This document shows, one piece after another, positions 1 through 6,615 of a DNA stretch of 14,327 nt (the first letter of the stretch is position 1; each line of letters starts with the position of its first letter). Source of the stretch: a virus (taxonomy: Duplodnaviria; Heunggongvirae; Uroviricota; Caudoviricetes). Below the pieces are notes generated by a model. It was not told the DNA's origin, made no database searches, and saw nothing but the letters and a program-made list of their open reading frames with translations. Location: the IMG/VR virus record IMGVR_UViG_2690316148_000011; one strand, 5' to 3'. Position numbers and translations under genes: made by a program.

Positions 1-32
1 ATGGTAGTGTCCGCTATTGCCAGTACACCTCA
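1..32 (+). mobile_element. Terminal 32 nt of an IS3-family insertion sequence whose body lies left of the window
   Basis: Positions 1-32 are the exact reverse complement of 2822-2853, the orfB-proximal terminus (5'-TGAGGTGTACTGGCAATAGCGGACAC) of the IS3-family element at 2822-3959. Identity stops exactly at the terminal TG/CA dinucleotide (position 33 is not the complement of 2821). Confidence 0.6.
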
Positions 33-1400
33 AGTATCAGTTGCGCTCTGATTTGTTCCTTCATCTTCAAACACGCCCTTTGTAGTCAGGTATTCAGTAA
101 TGTATTTGTTCAGTGCCACAGGGTCTTTGTGAATGTCGATCGGACGTTCACGGACAAGGCCAAAAATAGTCTGGCGGTCGTAGCGAAGGGCATCAGGCTG
201 TTTGCGCATTGATGCCGAGATACGCTTCCAGTCTTCGCGGTCGTTGTCGATAACTTCATTTTTTGCCCAGCGATGGATGCTGCCGTCAATGTTTCCGGCA
301 TCCACATCACCAGGCCAGAGAGCGTAGGCCAGTTCGTCATCCAGTGTTTTCCATGTCTGCTTGTATTCGCGATGAATGGCAGCAATGGCCGGGCTGATTT
401 TTCCTGTTGAATTTTCAGTGTGCTGTTGATTGGCTCTGGCACGGGCGAGATCAACAACAGACGTGTATTTTCCGGTTTCCTTGCGTTCACCTTCGCGACA
501 TTTTTTCCAGATGCGCATCTCTGCCTGAATTTCTGGCCATTTTGCACCAGGCTTACATTTATGCTTAATCCACCCGATGGCATGCAGTTTAATCTCCGGA
601 CACATGGCGTTAACTTCTGGCATTTTCATCAACGCTTCAACGATATGTCCGTCGAATGTTGCCATGTCTTCCTGCAACAGTTCCTGCGCGCTAATCACCA
701 TATCAACGGTGATGTTTTCACATGTGTCGAACTTAACCATGACAGCGTTCTGTACTTCAGGGGCCAGCTTGTCAAAAGTGACGTTCATCGGTTCGGATTC
801 AGTCTCAACCGGGACAAAGGAAGCAGACTCCTCATCCCAGCGGTTTTCCTGCATATATTCAGCATCCCAGGAATCGAGGGCAGGGCGGGGTATACCAGGT
901 TTATCCTCGCAGACAATAAATTTATAAGCGCAGTCCTGAGCAGCCGGATAATGTTCCAGGAATTGCCAGTGAAATTTTGCGCGGGCGCGGNNNNNNNNNN
1001 NNNNNNNNNNNNNNNNNNNNNNNNNNNNNNNNNNNNNNNNNNNNNNNNNNNNNNNNNNNNNNNNNNNNNNNNNNNNNNNNNNNNNNNNNNNNNNNNNNNN
1101 NNNNNNNNNNNNNNNNNNNNNNNNNNNNNNNNNNNNNNNNNNNNNNNNNNNNNNNNNNNNNNNNNNNNNNNNNNNNNNNNNNNNNNNNNNNNNNNNNNNN
1201 NNNNNNNNNNNNNNNNNNNNNNNNNNNNNNNNNNNNNNNNNNNNNNNNNNNNNNNNNNNNNNNNNNCAGTTACCGGGAATTTTCTGTTCAGCTGCAGCAG
1301 CCACGCATTCTTTCATGGAGTTGTATACTCCGGTAACCAGTTCAGCTGGTTCGCCCGTATTAAGAATAACGGTCAGAACGAGTGCAAATGCTGTATTCAT
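30..1400 (-). CDS. Hypothetical phage protein; continuity across the N run is unverified, so this may be one gene or two
   Basis: Minus-strand ORF with protein-like composition, whereas the antisense ORF 420-1616 is F/L/S/C/H-rich. Start ATG 1398-1400 overlaps the stop of the upstream 62-aa ORF (ATGA). N-terminus is hydrophobic (MNTAFALVLTVILNTG). Stop codon TGA at 30-32 is supplied by the IS terminus. No family recognised. Confidence 0.5.
   Translation of the reverse strand: MNTAFALVLTVILNTGEPAELVTGVYNSMKECVAAAAEQKIPGNXXXXXXXXXXXXXXXXXXXXXXXXXXXXXXXXXXXXXXXXXXXXXXXXXXXXXXXXXXXXXXXXXXXXXXXXXXXXXXXXXXXXXXXXXXXXXRARAKFHWQFLEHYPAAQDCAYKFIVCEDKPGIPRPALDSWDAEYMQENRWDEESASFVPVETESEPMNVTFDKLAPEVQNAVMVKFDTCENITVDMVISAQELLQEDMATFDGHIVEALMKMPEVNAMCPEIKLHAIGWIKHKCKPGAKWPEIQAEMRIWKKCREGERKETGKYTSVVDLARARANQQHTENSTGKISPAIAAIHREYKQTWKTLDDELAYALWPGDVDAGNIDGSIHRWAKNEVIDNDREDWKRISASMRKQPDALRYDRQTIFGLVRERPIDIHKDPVALNKYITEYLTTKGVFEDEGTNQSATDT
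991..1266. other. Run of 276 N (assembly gap or masked sequence)
   Basis: Literal n characters. Length is a multiple of 3, so the apparent reading-frame continuity across it is not informative. Confidence 1.
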
Positions 1401-1585
1401 CGCCAGCATCCTTTTTGCATCAGACGCAAACGAGCCAGCATTGAAACAATGCATATTTTATTTAATGACTCCCGTTCGTGTTTTCTCTTGTTAATGGCAT
1501 CTTCAGTAAATACCGTGTTACTGATAGTGACACCAATTTCAAAACAACCTTCAGTCGTATTAACGTTTGGTAATAACGTTTCCAT
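1397..1585 (-). CDS. Hypothetical small protein (62 aa), third cistron-linker of the Rha operon
   Basis: ATG at 1583-1585 preceded by GAGGA with about 8 nt spacing, 10 nt after the Rha stop. Its stop overlaps the next start (ATGA). No recognisable domain. Confidence 0.4.
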   Translation of the reverse strand: METLLPNVNTTEGCFEIGVTISNTVFTEDAINKRKHERESLNKICIVSMLARLRLMQKGCWR

Positions 1586-1595
1586 TATCGCGTCC

Positions 1596-2153
1596 TCAAC
1601 AATGAATTTTGAGTAATTGCTCTACAGTCATATTTTTAATTGCGCCCCGGTTAACAAGAGTCCATCCCTGTTCTTCCAGATAAAACCGGAAAGTCTCCAT
1701 GGTACAGACCCGTGCGCCATCAGGAACGGTTTCGGTGAATCTGATGTTGCCGCGTTCGTCGAAGTGAACAACCAGGGTGCGGCCATCGCCTGGAATTATT
1801 TTGTCAGTGGGTGGGGTGTTATTCTGGCGCAGTTCGGCCTCCATGCGATCGAACTCAGCAATGTAGGCTTCTTTAAATGCAGCGGCTTTTTTGCCAGTGA
1901 ATCCCATCACCAGGAAAACGAAGCCGTTTTTGGTGATTTGGTACATCGGGCGTTTTTCGCCTTTGGCGTCAGTGTAGGTGACGTCCTCAAAATTGAGGGC
2001 GTTAAATTCAGGTGAGCATTCAGTATTTGCGATGGCACGTAACACATTGTCGTGACGCTTGCCAAAGAACTCTGCGATCGCAATAGACGTAGTGACAGCG
2101 CGACCATTTTCGATGGTTACGTCAGGGTGAGAAAGGGCAGGGATAGTAGCCAT
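1596..2153 (-). CDS. Rha-family phage regulatory protein (antirepressor-like)
   Basis: N-terminal region MATIPALSHPDVTIENGRAVTTSIAIAEFFGKRHDNVLRAIANT matches the Rha N-terminal domain signature (TTS..IAE.FGK.H.NVLR). ATG at 2151-2153 preceded by GAGGA. The ORF-track start at 2450 is rejected (see noticed_but_rejected). Confidence 0.8.
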   Translation of the reverse strand: MATIPALSHPDVTIENGRAVTTSIAIAEFFGKRHDNVLRAIANTECSPEFNALNFEDVTYTDAKGEKRPMYQITKNGFVFLVMGFTGKKAAAFKEAYIAEFDRMEAELRQNNTPPTDKIIPGDGRTLVVHFDERGNIRFTETVPDGARVCTMETFRFYLEEQGWTLVNRGAIKNMTVEQLLKIHC

Positions 2154-2320
2154 GATGGCATCCTCGAGTGATAAGTTAATTAACTCACCACCGAGGTTTT
2201 CCACGACCATAAGGGTGGTGAGACGTACAGGGGTGGAAATACCGGTCATCACGGAACCCGGCCAGCCTTGCGGTTGCCCTGCACGCCCCACCATAATGCG
2301 AATGTGGCTGTGCTTAACGC

Positions 2321-2345
2321 ATAAAAAAACCGCCTGAGCGCGGTT
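2321..2345 (-). terminator. Rho-independent terminator (minus strand)
   Basis: Minus-strand AACCGC-GCUCAG-GCGGUU hairpin (6-bp stem) followed by a U7 run (plus-strand A-run 2323-2329). Confidence 0.5.
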
Positions 2346-2397
2346 ATGCGCCGTGAATGATTTCGGGTTTCCACGCCCGGCACCCGTTTTATGAGGT
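2323..2397 (-). ncRNA. Candidate ~75-nt small RNA or leader transcript upstream of the Rha antirepressor gene (c4/sar-like position); unverified
   Basis: Promoter (2405-2433) and intrinsic terminator (2321-2345) on the same strand about 75 nt apart. The hairpin stem is preserved in the paralogous copy although loop and body bases differ. A UCAC-UUCG-GUGA tetraloop hairpin lies just upstream. Confidence 0.35.
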
Positions 2398-2404
2398 GCA
2401 GGTG

Positions 2405-2433
2405 CACTATAATTCCACCCGTTCTGGTTTTCA
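2405..2433 (-). promoter_or_regulatory. Sigma70-like promoter on the minus strand (-35 TTGAAA, 17-bp spacer, -10 TATAGT)
   Basis: Plus-strand tttcaa at 2428-2433 and actata at 2405-2410, separated by 17 nt. Identical in the second copy (4125-4153). Confidence 0.4.
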
Positions 2434-2864
2434 ATAGCTACATTCAACATTTTCTCTCACCTTTCATCACCGAAGTGAATTTTGTTGATGCGGTGCCTGG
2501 TGCCTCCAGGTGACGTTAACCAGTTAACAATTACAGTTGGCTTTCCCACCCAAACCAATAAGGACTAACATGACTTTTAACTGTGCCGCGTGCGCATAGC
2601 CGCATTCACCGCATCACAAAATTCACTTTAAAAAGGGCGGACATCAGCCAGCAATTAAACCGATGCCGCCAACTGGTACTTCACACAGCAATGTCGTTAT
2701 TTACAACCGGAAGCGCACTCCCACCATTTAAATTTCACAGACAAGACCGACTCTTTATGGATACCGGAAATGCGCCTTCGTGTTGTGCCCGGTTTTATTT
2801 CACCACCTCCGGGCTTTGGTATGAGGTGTACTGGCAATAGCGGACACTACCATTTGTTCTTTTT

Positions 2865-3683
2865 TTAAGCAGCCATCTGATGATATTTTTCCCTGAAGGC
2901 TGCCGGGGAGATATTCCCCAGACGAGAGTGACAACGCTGACGATTGTAGAAAATCTCAATGTATTCCCGTATTACTGAGATGGCTTCATCCCGGTTATTA
3001 AAACGATAGTGGCTCAGGCTCTCATTTTTCAGCGTTCCCCAGAAGCTTTCCATCGGAGCGTTGTCGTAACAGTTACCTTTACGCGACATTGATGTTTTCA
3101 GACCAGACTGCTCCTGTATGACCCGGTAATCGTATGCGCAGTACTGTGAACCTCGATCAGAGTGGTGGATTAGCCCGGCAGGTGGGCGCTGGCTCCTGAG
3201 CGCCATAAACAGGGCTTTACCTGTCAGCTCTTTTGTCATGCGCTCTCCCATGGCGTAGCCGACAATTTCGCACGTATAAACATCTTTGATGCCAGCGAGG
3301 TACAACCATCCCTCCTGTGTGGCAACATACGTCAGGTCCGCCACCCAGACCTGATTTGGTGCTGTAGGAGCGAACGTCTGGTTCAGCAGATTTGGCGCAA
3401 CTGGCAGATTGTGGTTCGAGTTCGTAGTCGCTCTGAACTTGCGTTTCTGCTTACAGCGTAGCCTTAGCTCCTTACGAAGACGTGCCAGTCGGTCACGACC
3501 AACGATGATGCCATTCTCTGCCAGCTCCGTCTGGAGCCGCCGGGTTCCATATGTTTCGCGAGTGCGGATATGTGCCACCTTAATCTCCAGTTTTAGCCGC
3601 TCATCACTTTGTTTTCTGTCTGAGGGTTCATGCTGTACCCAGTTGTAATAACCGCTCCTGGATACACCAAATACCTGACACAT
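2865..3683 (-). CDS. IS3-family transposase OrfB (DDE/integrase core), probably expressed as an OrfAB fusion by -1 frameshifting
   Basis: Motifs typical of the IS3 transposase catalytic domain (LIHHSDRGSQYCAYDY, SRKGNCYDNAPMESFW). I translated the orfB frame upstream of the first ATG by hand: it stays open to the A7G slippery run (about 3764-3772) inside orfA and is the -1 frame relative to orfA. Confidence 0.85.
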   Translation of the reverse strand: MCQVFGVSRSGYYNWVQHEPSDRKQSDERLKLEIKVAHIRTRETYGTRRLQTELAENGIIVGRDRLARLRKELRLRCKQKRKFRATTNSNHNLPVAPNLLNQTFAPTAPNQVWVADLTYVATQEGWLYLAGIKDVYTCEIVGYAMGERMTKELTGKALFMALRSQRPPAGLIHHSDRGSQYCAYDYRVIQEQSGLKTSMSRKGNCYDNAPMESFWGTLKNESLSHYRFNNRDEAISVIREYIEIFYNRQRCHSRLGNISPAAFREKYHQMAA

Positions 3684-3718
3684 CGCTTCAATGGGAAATT
3701 GTTGTCGCCATTGTTCGA

Positions 3719-3959
3719 TTAACGCGTATTTTTCAGCGACTCCTGTGCAAAATACGCTGTTGCTTTTTTTAATATATCTCGCTCAAGGCGAGCTTCATTT
3801 AACGCCTTACGCAGTTGCAGAATTTCAGATTCCAGTTCAGCCACCGTGCGGGAACCAGGAGTACCGAGCCCTTTTCTGGCGGCGGTAACCCATTGTCCTA
3901 AAGTGCCTTCAGGAAGAGATAATCGGGAAGCGCCTTCACTGATCGAAAGTTGATTTTCA
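3719..3959 (-). pseudogene. IS3-family OrfA, N-terminally truncated (HTH plus leucine-zipper region retained)
   Basis: Sequence ...LSISEGASRLSLPEGTLGQWV...ELESEILQLRKALNEARLERDILKKATAYF matches the C-terminal two-thirds of IS3-family OrfA. No start codon; the ORF runs into the n at 3960. Confidence 0.7.
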
Positions 3960-3960
3960 N

Positions 3961-4403
3961 ACCGGTCATCACGGAACCCGGCCAGCCTTGCGGTTGCCCT
4001 GCACATCCCACCATAATTTGAATGGAGCTGTGCATTACGCATAAAAAAACCGCTTCAGCGCGGCTATGCGCTCGAGTAACGTTCGGGTTTCCACGCCCGG
4101 CACCCGTTTTATAAGGTGCAGGTGCACTATAATTCCACCCGTTCTGGTTTTCAATAGCTACATTCAACATTTTCTCTCACCTTTCATCACCGAAGTGAAT
4201 TTTGTTGATGCGGTGCCTGGTGCCTCCAGGTGACGTTAACCAGTTAACAATTAACGCCGGATACAGGGAAACCCATAACCACCCGATACGGGGGAACTAA
4301 TCGCTTTTTAACTGTGCCGCGTGCGCTGAGCCGCATTCACCGCATCACAAAATTCACTTTAAAAAGGGCGGACATCAGCCAGCAATGAAACTGATGCCGC
4401 CAA
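3961..4403. repeat. Copy 2 of the ~430-bp duplicated module
   Basis: Aligns with 2241-2672 at a constant offset of 1720 for the first ~280 bp, then a divergent patch, then a second conserved block. Confidence 0.9.
4043..4117 (-). ncRNA. Second copy of the candidate small RNA; no downstream antirepressor gene because the truncated IS abuts it
   Basis: Same promoter hexamers (4125-4153) and a hairpin AGCCGC-GCUGAA-GCGGUU plus U-run at 4043-4065. Relative to copy 1 the changes fall in the loop and convert an A-U pair to G-U. Confidence 0.3.
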
Positions 4404-4601
4404 AGGTACCAATCAACATGGAGTGTTGTGGCGTGGTTGTCACTTAAGCGTATGGTCAACCTGACAACCCGGTGTCCTCAACGGGGAAGGAATAACTCCG
4501 CCATACTTACCGCCGCGTCATTTCGCGTTGTGTGCCTGCTTTTAACCACGTCAGGCGAGGTGGTATCCTTCTTATCCCGAATAACCAAGAAGGAAATCTA
4601 T

Positions 4602-4802
4602 ATGACTAAAGAAGAATTTGTCTCTTATATTTTTGATAAAACGGTTGAAATGTATGCCGCTACTTACGGGTCCTGTAATCCTCTGAATAAACCAGAGGGA
4701 AAAGATGATTTCGACAAAATTTACCGCTTCTTGGAGGACCGCTATATCAAAAGCTTAGAGGACGCAGGGATCAAATCCCCAGTGAAGTCACCATTGTCCT
4801 GA
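4602..4802 (+). CDS. Hypothetical small protein (66 aa)
   Basis: ATG at 4602 preceded by AAGGA with 7 nt spacing; AT-rich; its 3' end overlaps the convergent 125-aa ORF by about 30 nt. No recognisable domain. Confidence 0.45.
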   Translation: MTKEEFVSYIFDKTVEMYAATYGSCNPLNKPEGKDDFDKIYRFLEDRYIKSLEDAGIKSPVKSPLS

Positions 4803-5148
4803 GAACTTGCAGAACGTCATGATCATAACTTCCATCCAAACCGCGACGGCGAATTGCTTCTCGTATTACCGGAAGCAGTTCGCTGGAAATCTCGGTGCAT
4901 ATTTCACCTGATAATACGCTTGGCTCAAGTGAGAATATTGGTGAACTTACGGTCTTGGTCTCGACAGTTTCAGAGTCAGTGCCAACATTATAAAGCTCAA
5001 CGAAAGCGGTCTTGATTTTCCGGGCCAGATCTTTTGCTGGCTCGCTTGCAATATCTTTCCCGATTTCTCGCAGCACAGAATGCAATGTATGAGCTGCTGT
5101 TTTCTGTACATCAGACGGTAAATCTTTAAATTCCATCGTCAGCCTCAT
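4771..5148 (-). CDS. Hypothetical protein (125 aa), second gene of a leftward PL-position operon
   Basis: Start ATG overlaps the stop of the upstream small ORF (TGATG); AT-rich relative to flanking DNA. No recognisable domain. Confidence 0.55.
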   Translation of the reverse strand: MRLTMEFKDLPSDVQKTAAHTLHSVLREIGKDIASEPAKDLARKIKTAFVELYNVGTDSETVETKTVSSPIFSLEPSVLSGEICTEISSELLPVIREAIRRRGLDGSYDHDVLQVLRTMVTSLGI

Positions 5149-5300
5149 CAGTCAGTGTTTCTGGCTAACCAGCAACGCGCGCCAGATTCGGTTTTAAACG
5201 TTTTGCTTTTGGTATACGTCATGGCGGTAAACGTTCCATCCTGGTTAGGGAACACGCCGCACACCAGAGATTCGTTGTTGCCAAGATCGATAGTATCCAT
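5148..5300 (-). CDS. Hypothetical small protein (about 50 aa), first gene of the leftward PL-position operon
   Basis: ATG at 5298-5300 preceded by GGGGA with about 12 nt spacing. The ORF-track version begins further upstream at 5354. Confidence 0.4.
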   Translation of the reverse strand: MDTIDLGNNESLVCGVFPNQDGTFTAMTYTKSKTFKTESGARCWLARNTD

Positions 5301-5479
5301 GCTGACCTCATTTCCCCTTAACGCCGGGGTGGCGGAACAAAAAACCTGCTGCATAGTTAAAGATTGAACCCTGCCGTCATGTTCTTACGCCTCGGGCTGG
5401 CTACTTAACCCCTGACCACTGTCTGGTAACTCGAAGTATTGCCCTGCATTCTGTGGGGCGGGGTGGGTTGACGCCTGAA

Positions 5480-5522
5480 AAAATAGCATCATTATTTTTT
5501 GATGTAAATAGCATCGCTATTG
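5480..5522 (-). promoter_or_regulatory. OL-like region: two 17-bp operator-like palindromes (5481-5497, 5506-5522) overlapping a leftward sigma70-like promoter
   Basis: AAATAGCATCATTATTT and AAATAGCATCGCTATTG, centres 25 bp apart; minus-strand -35 TTTACA (plus 5503-5508) and -10 TATTTT (plus 5480-5485) with 17-nt spacer. Confidence 0.5.
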
Positions 5523-5535
5523 TTTTTGTTGGGGC

Positions 5536-5560
5536 AAGAAAAAACCACCCTAAGGTGGTT
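5536..5560 (-). terminator. Rho-independent terminator downstream of the ParE-like gene (minus strand)
   Basis: Minus-strand AACCACC-UUAG-GGUGGUU hairpin (7-bp stem) followed by UUUUUUCUU, 17 nt after the toxin stop codon. Confidence 0.55.
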
Positions 5561-5576
5561 CTGTCGGCGGGAATAA

Positions 5577-5867
5577 TTAACTGTTTTTGCCTGGATACTG
5601 TCTTCGAGAATGCACAATATTTACTACTTCTATGCTTGATGCTGTTACTCGGTAAAGGATGATGTAGTTAGGATGAGTTACAATTTCACGAAGACCAAGA
5701 ACTCGCTCGCTTGGAGGATACAGGTAAGGATGCTCTGTGAGCGGCAAAACGGATGTTTCAATTCGAATTTTCATTCTGCGTGCTGCCGCGGGATTTTCTT
5801 TAGCTATGTAGGCTACGATCTGGCGCAAATCATCACGAGCAGATGGTAGCCATAAAACGGGTAACAT
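5577..5867 (-). CDS. ParE/RelE-family type II toxin (ParE2-like)
   Basis: 96-aa protein with ParE/RelE-like N-terminus (MLPVLWLPSARDDLRQIVAYI) and C-terminus (IILYRVTASSIEVVNIVHSRRQYP); start overlaps the antitoxin stop (TAATG). Confidence 0.85.
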   Translation of the reverse strand: MLPVLWLPSARDDLRQIVAYIAKENPAAARRMKIRIETSVLPLTEHPYLYPPSERVLGLREIVTHPNYIILYRVTASSIEVVNIVHSRRQYPGKNS

Positions 5868-6061
5868 TATTCACCTCTGTGAGTTGCAGCAGCAATTTGG
5901 GCAATAATTTGTTCCATTTCCGCCATTACCTCATCATGCGGAATCGCCGGGCGGGGATCCGCGAGGCTTGCTGCTACTTTGGCCCGCAGCCATTCGTTGT
6001 AACTATTTTCTTGCTCAACTGTCTCAAATTCTGAAACCATTGGGGAAAGGACTGTACTCAT
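5867..6061 (-). CDS. Small antitoxin, PaaA2-like
   Basis: 64-aa acidic protein immediately upstream of, and translationally coupled to, the ParE-like gene; AGGAG RBS 9 nt upstream. N-terminal SPMVSEFETVEQENSYNEWLRAKVAASLADPRPAIPHDEV resembles the PaaA2 antitoxin of E. coli O157 as I recall it. Confidence 0.75.
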   Translation of the reverse strand: MSTVLSPMVSEFETVEQENSYNEWLRAKVAASLADPRPAIPHDEVMAEMEQIIAQIAAATHRGE

Positions 6062-6080
6062 TTTACATATCTCCTCTGAT

Positions 6081-6581
6081 TTAGGCGCGACGGCCTTTTT
6101 GTGCAGCTAACCACCGCGCAACCGTACGATCCATTGATTCTTTTTTATCTTTCATCTCCTGAAGCATGTGTTCTTGATCTTCTTTCGGAAAAGCTCTGAA
6201 CGTATGGATTAAATCTCGTTCCATCGGCTCTACGGCAAACGGTAGTTCATCCTCTGTTTGTTCTGTGTCTGCTGGTAATGCGACTATGTTATCTTGCTGT
6301 GGTTCTCGACAATACATCCTTGCAATTTGCAGCAAATCTACCATGTCTGGCCTGATTGACTCAGGGGGAACTTTCAGTAAGCCAGCAAACTTTAGAACAG
6401 CCTCAAGGTTTAGTGGGGTTTGACCATTTAGGTAGTGACTTACCGCCCCTTGTGTTGAAAACCCCATAATTTCCGCCGCACGTTCCTGAGTCAATCCCAA
6501 CTGAGATTTCTTTGCCATCCAGATTTCTTTCAGTCTTCTGGCGGCGTTGAGGTCGGTGTCTGACAATGATTTTCTTTTCAT
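6081..6581 (-). CDS. HTH (XRE/cI-like) transcriptional repressor, PaaR2/RacR-like; probable prophage immunity repressor
   Basis: HTH motif LTQERAAEIMGFSTQGAVSHYLNG; no peptidase S24 domain; first gene of the repressor-antitoxin-toxin operon; divergent from a Cro-like gene across an operator-bearing intergenic region. The ORF-track start at 6611 is GTG without an SD, so ATG 6579-6581 was chosen. Confidence 0.75.
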   Translation of the reverse strand: MKRKSLSDTDLNAARRLKEIWMAKKSQLGLTQERAAEIMGFSTQGAVSHYLNGQTPLNLEAVLKFAGLLKVPPESIRPDMVDLLQIARMYCREPQQDNIVALPADTEQTEDELPFAVEPMERDLIHTFRAFPKEDQEHMLQEMKDKKESMDRTVARWLAAQKGRRA

Positions 6582-6615
6582 ACATCCAATTCTAATAAGA
6601 TTGCTAATCACTTTG

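Larger units (their letters stand above)
2241..2672. repeat. Copy 1 of a ~430-bp diverged duplicated module (block 2241-2522, divergent patch, block 2567-2672)
   Basis: Direct alignment by eye with 3961-4403: long identical runs (for example ggtgcactataattccacccgttctggttttcaatagctacattcaacattttctctcacctttcatcaccgaagtgaattttgttgatgcggtgcctggtgcctccaggtgacgttaaccagttaacaatta) interspersed with point differences. Confidence 0.9.
2822..3959 (-). mobile_element. IS3-family insertion sequence, truncated at its orfA (left) end
   Basis: Two-ORF orfA/orfB organisation with a poly-A slippery run; DDE transposase; terminus starting 5'-TG at 2822 with an IS3-like inverted repeat (TGAGGTGTACTGGCAATAGCGGACAC, compare the IS3 end CAGCAATAGTGGACAC recalled from memory). 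About 130-150 bp (left inverted repeat plus first ~20 codons of orfA) are missing beyond the single n at 3960. Confidence 0.85.

Noticed and set aside
420-1616. 398-aa plus-strand ORF
   Set aside because: Antisense to the better-supported minus-strand operon, spans the N run, and has an F/L/S/C/H-rich composition typical of a non-coding frame.
1596-2450. ORF-track version of the Rha gene with a 99-residue N-terminal extension (284 aa)
   Set aside because: The extension would have to be translated through the promoter and terminator hairpin of the putative sRNA; the same open frame in copy 2 shows many non-synonymous differences; a good RBS precedes the internal ATG at 2151-2153, where the Rha domain begins.
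2583-2840. 85-aa plus-strand ORF
   Set aside because: Starts at GTG with no RBS, lies in the duplicated non-coding module and runs up to the IS end; composition not protein-like.
3898-4170. 90-aa minus-strand ORF in copy 2 of the duplicated module
   Set aside because: Same non-coding frame as the rejected Rha extension; runs through the n at 3960 into IS sequence.
5453-5662. 69-aa plus-strand ORF
   Set aside because: Overlaps the OL-like operators, the ParE terminator and the 3' end of the ParE-like gene; no RBS.
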